Of a DNA stretch of 64,000 nt, positions 50,567 to 64,000 are shown in pieces; position 1 is the first letter of the stretch; every line of letters begins with the position of its first letter. The notes below the pieces were generated by a model. The model saw only the letters and a program-made list of their open reading frames with translations. It was not told the origin of the DNA and did no database searches. Source of the stretch: Paraspadella gotoi (Eukaryota; Animalia; Chaetognatha); assembly GCA_051294375.1 (NCBI GenBank), contig CM119265.1, forward strand, positions 26,637,331 through 26,701,330. Reading direction: 5' to 3'. Both the position numbers and the translations under genes were made by a program.

Positions 50567-51365
50567 ATTAAAGGGAAAAGGGACGAAGAGAGAGAGAGAG
50601 GAGGGAGGGATAAAAAGATGTAAATTGTGGAATGATCTAAAACGAGAGAAAATAAAGAGGAAAAGAGAGAAAAGAAAGAGAAAAAAAATAAATATCTGCC
50701 ATTTGTTTTTGCCATTTAGATTTCCCTTTGCCACTTATAATTTGCCATTTTCCAATTGGCCATTTACCATTTTCCATCTGCCATTTATTTTTTTGCAGTT
50801 TGCCATCAAACCATTTGCCATTTGCCAGCGTGGCACCGGTTTGATTTTCATCGACGTCGTCACTTACCAACGCTTTCCTCCCCCTGACGCCCCCCACCGC
50901 CGCCTCTGTTCCTCACCCTCCCCATCTTCTCGTGCCAGAGTTCGTTCTTCGCACTTACCCGAGTTTTATTCTCCGTCCATCGGCCACGCCCCCACATCGC
51001 TTTACCTTACCCTCTTCTCTCCTCCCTCTCTCTCTCTCTCAGTCAGCGTCGGCGAACTTACCTCGTCATTAGGCTGAGGTAGTCGAAGCCTGTCACGACA
51101 AGGATTCTCTTGATTTGTTTGATTCCATTTGTTCATGATTATTTGGAACCTGACCCTGACTTACCTTCGACGCTCTCAACCTCTTCTTCCTCCTCTTCCT
51201 CCTCCTCCTCCTTCTCTTTATATTCCTCTTTCTCATATCTCGTGTCTAGCGAGTTGTGTTCTTTTGTTTAAAGATGAGAATGAGAGAATGAGAATGAAAG
51301 AATGAGAATGAGAGAATGAGAATGCGAGATTAAGAGAATGAGAGAATGAGAATGAGAGAATGAGA
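44690..51365 (-). repeat. Mosaic of overlapping noisy inverted copies of ~29660-35160
   Basis: Approximate correspondences: 44690-45500=rc(34220-35160); 45990-47530=rc(33250-34570); 47660-48330=rc(33625-34220); 48350-51365=rc(29660-33150). Confidence 0.88.
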
Positions 51366-51419
51366 ATGAGAGCTCTTCACTCTAAGTTCCTTATCTAGCG
51401 CCCCCCTCTCAAATTAATT

Positions 51420-51491
51420 TCTCCTGCGTTCAGTCTAAACTTGGTTAGGCTGAACTGCATTTTAAGACACACTCCTCTAATCTCTCTCTCT

Positions 51492-51541
<50 letters not shown>

Positions 51542-51869
51542 TCTCATCTCTCTCTCTTCTATCTCTCTCAGACCCAATTACTACACCTATTCAACAGAGA
51601 ATCTTCCCAAAAACAGGAAAAGTTTCTCGACTCCCATCTTCCTCGAAATCGACAGCAAGCGGTTATAAACGACGAGCTTGAAGCCAGTTCTTCTCTCGTA
51701 AATTGAACTGACTTTTCGTTTACAGATCTCCGGTCCTTCTATTAGATTGATTGAATCCATCTATACATCAGCGGCTTGGACGCACTCGAATCTAGGCGTA
51801 CGAAACCAAACTTTTACGCTTTCCACTTAGTGCCACTCTCTCTTCTCTCTCCTCTCTACTCTCTCTCTC

Positions 51870-51906
<37 letters not shown>

Positions 51907-52952
51907 ATAAAATCTAACGAGTTCGCCCTTCCCCACTTCAGCCCTGAAACTTTTAGCCACAGAAATTGCTTTTGTCTATAATTGTCAACATGTTATGTTT
52001 ATATTAAATGATATTATATAATCCAAAACGAGCTCTCGGATCGCAGATGGCAGAAAGCAGACCGACGTTTTCCTTGGCGGTCAGTGCGGAAGAATCTAAA
52101 CAAAATTCCATTGAATAAAAATATAACTGATAAAAAAATTATTCATATCCTATATTTAAGTAAGCTTAATATGTTTTGATGCTAGTGCGGAGGTACAAAT
52201 AAGTATTCCCATCTAATATAAAGGGAGTGGTCTTTTCTACAATTTGAAACCATTCTAAATATTTTTCCAACCTTCATTGATAGGGAAGTCAGGTACTCTG
52301 GGAGTGATATAAATAAGCTGTGAGAAGGATCTTGATTAAAAAGCTTGCAGGCACTTACTATGTGCATATCTTGTAACGTAATGGGCCTCTAAACACCAAA
52401 GCTTGTCCCAAATAGTCGGGCAAGATTAGCTAATTTCACATGAAGAGATTATTTTATATTGTTGTGTACCAATATCATTTAAAACTGTTTTCCTTTAAAT
52501 CAGTTTCTTATTTCTAAAAAATTCCTCTTCACCAACTACGTCGAAGAATTCTCCAGAAATAATAAAAAACTTCGCTTGTTTCTCTCGTTATCAAATTAAG
52601 AATTCCCCGATCATTTCCCCTTTTTGCCCTGGAACCAAAAAAGGAATCTAAAGGAACCGAAATGAACCAAATGAACCCAATGGACCCTTCACCGCCTATG
52701 CTGGCGATCCGTTTTCATTCTGTTATCTGGTGGAACACTGAAGTTCTCTATAATCACCCTGAATATATTCGACTTAGGACATTCAGATGGAGTAAGATCA
52801 AACATACTCTCTCCCTCTCTCTCTCTCTCTTCTCTCTCGTCTCTGTCTCTCTCTCCTCACTTCACACTCACAGGATCCGGCTCGTTAGACTATCATCTAA
52901 ACTTCGACTAATTATGTAGTGTTCAATCCTTTCATCTCTCTCCTCTCTCTCC

Positions 52953-53027
<75 letters not shown>

Positions 53028-54253
53028 ACTTCTGCTTCGGTGAACTTCAATCACCGAGTTATGGGAGCAGTGAACGGAGAAGAAGGGTGAATGAAAGGCG
53101 TAATAGAAGGAGTAAAGAGGCAGGAGCGAGGAGGGAAGGCGAAAAAATTTAGCCAAAAATGATGTGAATTGTCTCAGTGAGGAAGTCGACGGAATCACAG
53201 GCAGAAGTTGATGATCTTAATCACCGGAAATATTACTTCGAACTGATTGAAAAATTATTGAAATATTTAACAAAGTTTCTAAAGCAAAATAGACTTTGAG
53301 TTAAATTACTCGCTAGCCGTTTCACCCCGCCCCCTTTGAAAAGATTCATTTTTAAATATGAGCGTCTCAACTGTTTGTCTGTTTCTGTATTATGTAGCAT
53401 TCTAACTTTTAAACCAGATCTGTAAACCACCGTAATTTTTAGCAAAAAAGATGTCTCATTAAGAATAAATTAGATTTGACGAAACGAATTCATTTCTTTG
53501 TTTAAATTTTAGTTTTATATTTCATAAAATGCTGAATTGGCTAAATACGTAAAAATTATCGATAGTTTGAAAGAAGGTCTACCAATTACAGCTTTTTTTT
53601 GTAATACCAGCAAACAAGATCGCGCATGGTTCGGACCCCGAGTTTAACTAATAATTCATCAAATGCGATGCGAAAAGTATTAAACTAACGATCTGCCAAC
53701 CAAATGAATCAAAATGGCGAAATGAGAAAAAAAGGCAGAACAATATAGCGATAACTGATGAGAAAATATGAGAAAAAATAAGAAAAACATGCAAAGTGAG
53801 AAAGAAATAAAAAGAACAGAAAACAATATGAAAAAAGAAAGAAAGAAATCTATAGACTTTGAAATTTGAAAAGTTTTTGAAATAAGCACATGCAAGGTAA
53901 AAAACAAGAAACACAATAAAATGTTAGAAAGTAGAAAAGAATTAAAAACAAGTATCTATAAGACTTAAATATGACATTTTATCCTCTTTAGTTAAACAAT
54001 TACATTTTAAATCAGGAAGTCATTTGTAAATATATTTAAATCAAGCGTCTCGTCAAGTATTAAGACGACCACTCAGATATTTTCTTCCATCCAATAATTT
54101 GCATGCGAAGAAAAAAAAATCCAAAATGGTTACGACCCAAAAATTTCCCGTTCAGTTATATTCATTTTTTTTCAAATAACATACAAACAGAATTTTTATT
54201 GGATAAACGTTTTCCACGGCGGCTCTCTCTCTCTCTCTCTCTCTCTCTCTTGC

Positions 54254-54296
<43 letters not shown>

Positions 54297-54910
54297 CTCT
54301 CGCTTCACGTCTCTCTCAATCCAATTTGCGTCTCCGACAAAGAAACCATGAGAAGAGCCGATCAGGATGAAAAATTAGGTGAAAAAAAAAAATTCGCCGA
54401 TCGGCTAAAAAATTGCCATGAAAACAGCATTACTTTTCTTTTTTTTTTTCTTTTTTTTTTCCTTTTTTGAATTTTTGCCAATATTCTTTCTGATAACCTA
54501 ATGTTGTGGCGTACTTTATTGGAGAGACGAGATTTTATTCATTTATGTTTAAGTTTATACTTAAAATAACTTTGTATTTAATTAAGTCTATAAAATTGGT
54601 ATTATTTTATTTCATCCAATTCAATTAACTCACTCTTCGCCTTATCGCTCACCCTACACACACATTATGAGAAAAGAGAACCCACTCGCACATATACCGA
54701 TTCCATTAAAACTTTCTCTTAAACCCTTACTCGTCCAATCAGTCCCCCCCCCTGTTGCCCTTATTCAGCAGTCAGCAACAGCTCTCAACCCCGAGTGGAA
54801 AAAACCGAAGCTAAATGGTCCACACACTTTACTAATGCGATTTAATATAACTCTTTGGCGTGACCCATTTCTATTGCGGTCAAAAGCTTCTTAGTCCAAA
54901 ACGGTCAAAG
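51420..54910 (+). repeat. Noisy direct copy of ~19770-23215
   Basis: Shared strings include AATCTTCCC.AAAAACAGGAAAAGTTTCTCGACTCC, CCCCGCCCCCTTTGAAAA and CCCGAGTGGAAAAAAC..GAAGCTAAATGGTCCACACAC. Confidence 0.92.
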
Positions 54911-55482
54911 CGAACGACAAGAATGGGATAAAATATATTTGAAAAAAATATAATTATGAACTATATGACGCGAGTAAAGAAGAAGAAGAGAGAAAAACGA
55001 TAGAATTAAAAGAGAGAACGAGAAGAAGAAAAGAAGAAAGAAAAGAGAACGAGAGGAGAGAGAAAAAAGAGAGAAAGAGAAGAAGAGAGAGAAGAAGGAA
55101 AAAGAGAAGAAGAAAAGAAGAGTAAGGTTTGTAAACTTAAACATAAAATATAATACAACACGAAAAAAACAAATAGATTAATATCATAAGAACTCAATTT
55201 ATTACTATATATTCGCCCCACACGAATACCATCCATCATAACCATCATCTCACTACCTACGACATATCAACTCACTAATCATAATCATACTCTACAGTAA
55301 TACATCCTAATACATTCTACACTCTATTTATCTATTACTATAATACAGCACATATAATTTTCATAATCATAAACATCACAGCAATAGTACAACACAAAGC
55401 CCAAAAGATACACTTTTATATAACAAATACATATTTAGTATGAATTCCAATACAAAAGCTCATCTTTTGCTTCTCCCTCTTA

Positions 55483-55489
<7 letters not shown>

Positions 55490-55521
<32 letters not shown>

Positions 55522-57588
55522 CTTTCCAAACGTCCTCTTAGTGACATAATCACTCCTTTTATCAGTTCCCCCATTGTTATCACATCCAACGCCACACCTG
55601 CGTCTCTCTCTCCGCCTCAAGAAACGACTTACACTCCTTACCCTAATTACCTCATTGTTTTCTTTCCTTTTTCGAACCCAATAAACTTTCCCTTGTCCGT
55701 CCCTCGTTCGGGCTTCACTTTCTTCTCCTGTCACAGAATCCAATTTATGCTTCTTCATTCTCATCTTTTTATTTCTCTTTCTCTTCATCTTCTTTCTTTA
55801 TTTCTCTATACCTTTTCTATTTTATCTTCTCATTATATAAATTATGTACGCTTTAGCGACTTACTTTCCTCGTCTTTACTGTTAATTTTTATCAGCATTT
55901 AATTCTAATATATGATTTTATTTCTACCTATTTTCTATTTAAAAAAAAATTTATTAGTGTTTTCAGAGATAAAAAAGCAAGCTGTAGTATTTTTTTTCCA
56001 TAAGCATGAGCTTTAGATTACCAAAACTGAAAGAACCACCGAGATCGATTTACAAATGTACCGCCGCCAGCCATGGTCTTTTTCTTATCATTTTCTTCCC
56101 ATATATTTTTAAAAATCGTCTGTCCTTTTGTTCGAGAGAAACCGCGAGAAAGACGCTCGTGAGTGGCTTTAAATTTTCCGCTGGACAAGAGTAAACAGGG
56201 GAAGATTAATGGGATACGTGGTTGTAAAGAAAAGGAGCTGAAATACGACGCGTCGACGGCGGGCGGCGGCAGATAGCATATTGAATAGGTATGAAAACGA
56301 GCGGTTGAAGCGGCAGGCGGGGGCCGGCGGCTGGTCGGCTGGCGCGGAGCGTGTGCGGCGGCGGCCGGCGGCGGATCGCGCGGCGGCGGAGTCCCAGTGC
56401 GGTAAATCTGAGCATCAGTGAAACATTAATAATAAAGGATCCTCCTAACCACTAAATGAACTACGAGGTCAGCGGCGGCGGCAGGCAGCGGCCAGACAGG
56501 CAGGCAGCCCGCGGCGGCCAGGTAGCCGGCGCCAAACGCGTCGCGGCTTTCTGTTTCTCTCCAAAACGATAATAGATTGCTCTTTTGTTGTGCCGCGATT
56601 AACCTTTTGTTCCTCGTTGAGAGTTAATAGAGAGACGCCAAACGCGAAAGATTAAACGACGACTTTGAGAAATTGTCGTTATGCGTTTTGGGGAGGAGAG
56701 AGAGAGAGAGACCTACTACTCTGACAACGGAAGCAGACAAATTTAAAGCCTCTCTCTCTCTTCTCTCTCTGCTCCTCTCTCTCTCTGCTCTCTCCTCTCT
56801 CTCTCTCTCTCCTCTGTCTCTTCTCTCTCTGCTCTCTCTCTTCCTCTCTGTATCTTCATGAAAACGTAGATTTACGACTGTTGGTCTTTTAATTTCCATT
56901 ACTGTCTCTTCTCGATTCTTTCTAACCTCGTCTCTTCTAACTCTCTCGCTGTTTCTTTTCTTGTCTTCTTCTCTTTTTTTTCCTTATTTTTTTTTTCACT
57001 GGAGGATTTTAAACTTCATCTCTCATCGTCGTTTTCATCTTTATCGTCCTATCGTCAGGCGTTGTCGTTACCACCATCATCATGATTCATCATCATCATC
57101 ATTTATCATTCATCATCATCATCATCATTATCATACATCATCATCTTCTTTTATGTCACGTTATTGCAGTCAATTCTAAGCGCTTTGTCATATCTAGTGG
57201 AGATATTGCATTAAGTTTTTGTTATTTTTACCTTATCATTGATATATACTTACTAGTATATAACATCAAAAGTATGTCTTAAAAACAATTAAAATAACAA
57301 AAAAAAATCGTAAAAGAAAGAAAAAAATAAATAATTTCCAAAAAAGAAAATCGTTGAGAGATGAGAAGTCACAACCATCCGCCCATACACGTAGTGGCCA
57401 TTTTTGACCACGTGACCTTTGATCCAACGAGACCGTAACCCACGTGACCTTTCCGATCACGTGACCTTTACATCGCGTCATCTTTTCGCTCTTGATTTAC
57501 GAGGAGACATAAATTTTCGGCAAATTCCGAATAGAGAATCAAAGTAAAGCGTAGTTGAATATTTCTTTGTCTCGGTCGTGATGTACGA

Positions 57589-57668
<80 letters not shown>

Positions 57669-58298
57669 TAAACTTCTTGTATATTGAAAACCGGATTTTT
57701 CATGCTTTCAATAATAGTAGTTTGGCAAATAATGAAAATTTTTTTTTCGTTTCTACCTGTATATTATACAGGTAAAAAATCAAAAAAGAGTGTACAAACC
57801 TGTATACTTTAATTGTAGTTACTTCTAATACATCTCTATAAAAATATATTATTTCTTAAATAGTTCATAAAACAAATGACGATTGATCAAAAACCAAAAC
57901 GAATCCAATTTTCGATCGTCGTCGTCGTCGTCCGCTCGTCTTTTCCAGATCCCTGAGTGGAAAGTCGCATCATTTCCATGTTTGTATCTGTTGTTGTTTC
58001 ATCTGTTGTTGTTGATTCTCCATCCCCCTCCGAATAACCACACACACAAAAATTCCCCGGTTCCAATCGCCATGGAGAGACAACCACCTTAATCCACCCA
58101 CCACTTAACCCACATCCACCTTACCCCACCAACCCCCCTCCTCCCCTTGGGTCGATCAGTTGCCTTTTGGTGCGCCTTTCATTCTCTTTGAAATCGAACC
58201 TTTGATGAGTTGTTATTGTTTGTGCTTAGCTTTAGATTGCGCGCCGACCGGGTCGCTGTCCACATAATTCAGTATTACATGTATCGCGCGAACTCTCT

Positions 58299-58340
<42 letters not shown>

Positions 58341-58651
58341 ATCTCTCCTCTCTCTCTTCGCTCTTATTATCATTTCGTTTTAATCATGTTAACTATGGCT
58401 CCGCTCAAGTATCTTCTAAAAGATGCTATATACATAAGGTAAGCATTACCATAATTTAAATTTCTTATGTGTAGGATGATTGCACTTATTACCCTACTGT
58501 GAATGAGCGGCGAGTTCATCTTTCATATTTCGTTATTTAACATAATTTTAATATAAGTGAAATTGTTTGCTATTAACAGTCTTAATTGTGGTTTACTCAT
58601 ATAAACGTCTTAAAAAAAACCCCATATTCATTTCCGCTCTCTCTCTCTCTT

Positions 58652-58688
<37 letters not shown>

Positions 58689-58920
58689 GCTCCTCTAAAT
58701 CTCCTTTTGCCTAACCCGATTGCTTACTTTTCCAGCGTTCAAAGGCTTTTTATCCGCGCCTCATATAAACTTTCCTGCATCTGCTCAGAAATTCATGCTG
58801 AATCGGACCGAATTTTCCTTTTATTTTGACTTTATTACGTTTTTTCGGGCAATCATCTCTGGAAACGAGAGAGAGAGAGAGAGAGACAGAGCAGAGAGAG
58901 AGAGAGAGAGAGAAGAGGAG

Positions 58921-58967
<47 letters not shown>

Positions 58968-59522
58968 AAAGTCGGCACTTACCTGACGATTCTCTCTCCT
59001 CCTTATTGTTTGTTGCCAGCGGATGAGCGAAATGAATATTGCTTACCCCGACTACCTCTCTTTTTTTTTGAGCTTACCTCCGAAAGTTCTTCTCTCTCTC
59101 TCTATCTGCTCTCTCTCGCTCTCTCTCTCTCGCTCTCCGCCGTAGACTGTCAAGACATGAATATTAGTTGCTTTGGACGATGGCAGAAAAATTTTTGAAA
59201 GGGAAGGTTAGCGGGTCTGAGAAGGCAAGGTTAAAGGGGGAAAGGACATGGTAGAGAGATGACATGGCAAAGAGAGGAGGACTAGGTAAAGTGAAGATAA
59301 AAACTTTTTTAACTTCATTATCACTCATAATCGTTATTATTGTAGCAGAGTAACTTGAGATTAAGTTCTTCAATCTCATTTACATATTGCAGCTGTTATA
59401 GCATTTCTCATATTTTTGATACGGTTTTCATAAATGTCTTATTTTTACTATTTAGCGTCAATATCTCATCATCATCATTCATCATCATCATCTCGTCATC
59501 ATCATCATCATCGTCATCATAT

Positions 59523-59555
<33 letters not shown>

Positions 59556-61182
59556 GTCATCCCCCCTTTGCTCAACTGTAATCAGTCTCCGCTTTTAAGT
59601 CATATCTCGTTTCTCCTCCGTGTTTTAGCTTCTCCTCTTCCTTCTCTTCTCCCTTCCTCCACTTTTTCCTTCTCTCCCTTCTCCTTCTTCCTCCTCTTCC
59701 TCCTCCTTTCCTCCACTTTCCTTCTCTTTCCTCCTTTTTCCCATTCTTCTCTTTTCCCCTTTCCCCCTCCGCTTTCACCTCCTCCTTATTCCTTCCTTCC
59801 TATTTTCCTCCGCCTCTTCCACCTCCTTCCTCCACTTTCCTTCCTCTTCCTCCCTTTTCTCCCCTCTACCCCCTACTCTTCCTCTCCTTTCCTCTACTTT
59901 CCTCCTCTTTTCCTCCTGCTTTCTCCACTTTTCTCCTCTTCTTCCTCATCCTTTCCCCCAATATCCTCCTTCTCCTCCTTTTCCTCTCTCCTACTCCCGT
60001 TCCTTTCTCCACTTTCTCTCTCTCTTTCCTTTACTTCACTTCCTCTTCTCTCCTCCTCCTTTCTCCACTTTTCCTCTCTTCTCCTCCTTTTCTAGACTTT
60101 CCTCCTCCTCTTCCCTCTCCTTCCTCCTCTTCCTTCTCTTTTCCTCCACTTTCCTTCTCTTCCTCTCCTTTCCTCCAATTTCCTCCTCCACTTTAACCTA
60201 CTCCTTTCCTCCACTTTCTCTCCTCTTACTTCTCCTTTCCTCACTTTCTCCTCCTTTTCCTCATTTCTCCACGTTTCCTCCTCCTCTCCTCCTCATTTCC
60301 TCCACTTTCCTCCTCCTTTCCTCCCTTTCCTCCTCCTCTTCTCCTACTTTCTTCCACTTCCTCCTCCCTTCCTCCTCCATCTCTCTTTCCTCCACTTTCC
60401 CACTTACGCTCTCACTTTCGTGCCGTCGCCCTTCCCCCCAAAACTCGCCGCCGGCTTTTCTCCTCCCTGGCTAAGACCGTTATGTTCGGCGCGGTTTTCG
60501 ACAAACAGCCTCCAGGGGGGAGTTGGACTAGGCGTATAAAGTTACATACGAAAATTCTAAAGTCATTATAAAACAACATATCCATCAGCATGGAACATTT
60601 AATTGTAAAAAAAATTAATATTTTTTTTTTAATTTCGCATCGTAGGCTATATTATATATAGTAATATCTTATAAAATCGAAAATTTCAAAATAGCTTTCT
60701 TAATTTATTGCAGATTTGAATTCCTCGTCAAAAAGTTGGATAAGAAAATATACATTTTAAAAATCTTTCATTAAATTGTTGAAATTAAAAAAACTATATT
60801 AATATATAAAAAAGTTAATTTTCAGCTAAAATAGTGTTTTTTTTTATTTTGACCACAATGAAGAATCTTTCAAAAGAGTTAATTTCTTTTTATCAACTTT
60901 TATGACGAATCCAATCTGCAAAAAAATCTTTAAAAAAACTGTTTTGAAATTTAAACATTATTGGTTTAGTACTAGATAAATATACCTACTCGTAAATTGT
61001 AAAATTTATTATAAATTTTTTTATTACATAAATGTTCATTATATAATATTGTTCGTTCCTTACTTTTAGAATTTTAATTAAAGTAAATTTAGAAATTTTA
61101 CTACGCCTTATGGGACAGGGGGTTAGGCAAGAGGAGGAGAAGAGAGAGAGACGAGAGAGAAGAGAGAGAAGAGAGAGAGAGA

Positions 61183-61220
<38 letters not shown>

Positions 61221-64000
61221 ATTAAAGGGAAAAGGGACGAAGAGAGAGAGAGAGGAGGAGGGATAAAGATGTAAAATTGTGGACATATCTAAAAACGAGA
61301 AAATAAAGAGGAAAAGAGAGAAAAGAAAGAGAAAAAAATAATATCTGCCCATTTGTTTTTTCCATTTAGATTTCCCTTTGCCACTTATAATTTGCCATTT
61401 TCCAATTGGCTATTTACCATTTCCATCCTCCATTTGTTTTTGCAGTTTGCCATCAACCATTTGCCATTTGCCAGCGTGGGCACGGTTTTGATTTTCAATC
61501 GACGTCGCGTCATCTATCCAGACGCTTTCCTCCCCACACGCCCTCCACGCCGCCGCTCTGTTTCTTCACCCTCCCATCTCTGTGCCAGAGTTCGTTCTTC
61601 GCACTTACCCGAGTTTTATTCTCCGTCCATGGCCGCCCCACATCGCTTACTTACCCTCTTCTCTCGTCCTCTATCTGTCTCAGTCCAGCTGTCGGCGAAC
61701 TTTACCTCGTCATTAGGCTGAGGTATCCGAGCCTGTCACGACAAAGGAATCTCTTGTTTGTTTTGATTCCATTTGTTCATGATTATTTGGGAACTGACCC
61801 TGACTTACCTTCGACGCTCTCATCCTCCTCTTCCCTCCTCCTCCTCCTCTCTTTATATTCCTCTTTCTCATATCTCGTGTTAGCGAGTTTGTTTTTGTTT
61901 AAAGATGAGAATAAGAATGAGAATGAGAGACTGAGAATGAGAGACTGAGAATGAGAGAANNNNNNNNNNNNNNNNNNNNNNNNNTGAGAGAATGAGATTC
62001 AGAGAGTAAAAATAAGAGAATGAGGGAGTGAGAATGAAAGAATGAGCAAATTATAAAAAGCGAAAATGTGAAAATGACAAAATGAGAGAACGAGAGAACG
62101 AGAATTATAATTAGTTTTTTTTATTGAATTTAAGTCATATTAAAGTCATAAGAGGCAAGATACAAAAGCAACATCAAATAAAAATATGTTCGTAGACATA
62201 TTTAATATACCGTAAAGTTTAAATCGAATATAATAAAGATTTGGTCGGCTCTTTGTATAAGCAAAGTTCGTTATTACACTTTCTCACAATGAATTATGTT
62301 GACAAAATCCAGACTCTGGCTCTACTTTGATTNNNNNNNNNNNNNNNNNNNNNNNNNNNNNNNNNNNNNNNNNNNNNNNNNNNNNNNNNNNNNNNNNNNN
62401 NNNNNNNNNNNNNNNNNNNNNNNNNNNNNNNNNNNNNNNNNNNNNNNNNNNNNNNNNNNNNNNNNNNNNNNNNNNNNNNNNNNNNNNNNNNNNNNNNNNN
62501 NNNNNNNNNNNNNNNNNNNNNNNNNNNNNNNNNNNNNNNNNNNNNNNNNNNNNNNNNNNNNNNNNNNNNNNNNNNNNNNNNNNNNNNNNNAAAGAAAGAA
62601 AATTCAAAATGTCACTTTATTTTTTCAGTTTTTATCGTTTTTAAATTATCTGAAAAATGATTTAATATTTGGAATAAATCGATTGAAAGAAATTCTCAAA
62701 AGTCGCGAAAGATAGCGATGACAGAGAGAGAGAGACAGAGAGAGCGAGAGAGAGAGCGAGAGAGAGAGAGAGCAATTCCATCGCAGTTTTTCGATGCATA
62801 TTGATTTTTTTTTCAAAATAAAAAAATATTGAAGAATTTATTTTGTTGTCAGTGAAAAATAGTTTCTTTCCGAATAGAAAATGACGAATGGAAATTCAAT
62901 GTAAATTCAATTTTTGAATCCGCAAATGGACGAAGAAATCCATAAGTAACTTTAAGGGGACCTCGACCTCAGAATAGATATCGTTTCTTTTTCACATCAA
63001 AGTAATAAGATTTCATTGGTTTCAATCTCAAATGCTTTAAAAGTATTGGTTATAAAAAAAAGCTTAATTAAGAGTCACCATAACTTACTCAAGAGTAGTT
63101 TTTTAAAAGAATCATATGTAACAGCCCAATCAAACAATAACTGGTGATAAGATATTCGATTATTTTCTTCTTTTCTTTCGTTATGAACCATCTTACCATC
63201 TCAATTTTCTTTCCTCTTTTCTACCTTCCTCTTCGCCCTCTTATTCCCTTAATCCTTTCTCCTCTCCTCATTCCATTTCTCTTTACCATTGTCTCTCTCT
63301 TTCTACCTTCCCCTCTCTCAAATCTTTTATCTCTTTCTAATTTCTTCCTACCTTCCCCTCCCTCAATTCTTTTATCTCTTTCTAATATCTTCCTACCTTC
63401 CCCTCACTTAATTCTTTTGTCTCTTTCTAATATCTTCCTAGCTTCCACTCTATTTCTGTCTCCTATCTTTTCTTCATACCATCCCCCTCTCTATTCCCTT
63501 TACTCCCCTCTTCCTACCTTCCCCTCTCTTTATTCCCTTATCCCTTACTCCCTTCTTCATACCTTCCCCTTCTTTCTATTCCCTTAATCCTCTCAACTCT
63601 CGCTTTTTCCCATCACTTCCTATCATCGGAAACCGAGTTGATTCTTAATTGAGAATTTGCCACCATTTTCCCCATAATCCGNNNNNNNNNNNNNNNNNNN
63701 NNNNNNNNNNNNNNNNNNNNNNNNNNNNNNNNNNNNNNNNNNNNNNNNNNNNNNNNNNNNNNNNNNNNNNNNNNNNNNNNNNNNNNNNNNNNNNNNNNNN
63801 NNNNNNNNNNNNNNNNNNNNNNNNNNNNNNNNNNNNNNNNNNNNNNNNNNNNNNNNNNNNNNNNNNNNNNNNNNNNNNNNNNNNNNNNNNNNNAAAAAAG
63901 GGTAATCCGTTATGAAGCAAAGCAAAGTGAATAATTTGTTTTTCATCCGCTTTTCAATGGAGACGAAAGATGGCGTTGGGGGGGAGGAGGAGGAGGAGGA
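55490..64000 (-). repeat. Second noisy inverted copy of ~27200-37200
   Basis: Colinear reverse-complement match running from CCCATTGTTATCACATCCAACGCC (55570) to TTTTCATCCGC.TTT..TCAATGGAGACGAA (63940). It is interrupted by N gaps. Confidence 0.92.

Overview
This is AT-rich, microsatellite-dense metazoan genomic DNA with (GA)n, (GAC)n and (GAT)n tracts, probably from an invertebrate. It is not prokaryotic and has no CRISPR array. The first ~38 kb is mostly unique. It holds a 5-exon minus-strand MFS transporter gene of the ZIFL-like/DHA1 type (5064-9662; frameshifts in exons 1-2, one probable GC-AG intron) and a tentative frameshift-ridden minus-strand LRR/transmembrane gene (~23250-26370). It also has a 666-bp solo LTR with a perfect 5-bp TSD (4101-4766), an intronic LTR joined to an over-long tRNA-Leu 3'-end copy including CCA (6670-7064), elements with telomere-like cores, and several periodic TF-motif clusters. 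From ~37.6 kb onward the window is largely noisy, indel-rich direct and inverted re-copies of 19.7-38.4 kb separated by N gaps, most likely long-read gap-filling or haplotype artefacts. One copy carries a ~4.2-kb insertion (38404-42594) absent from the other two. It contains a minimal hammerhead-ribozyme motif, a Helentron/DINE-like end and a 77-bp tandem array. Most ORFs in the supplied track are microsatellite translations.
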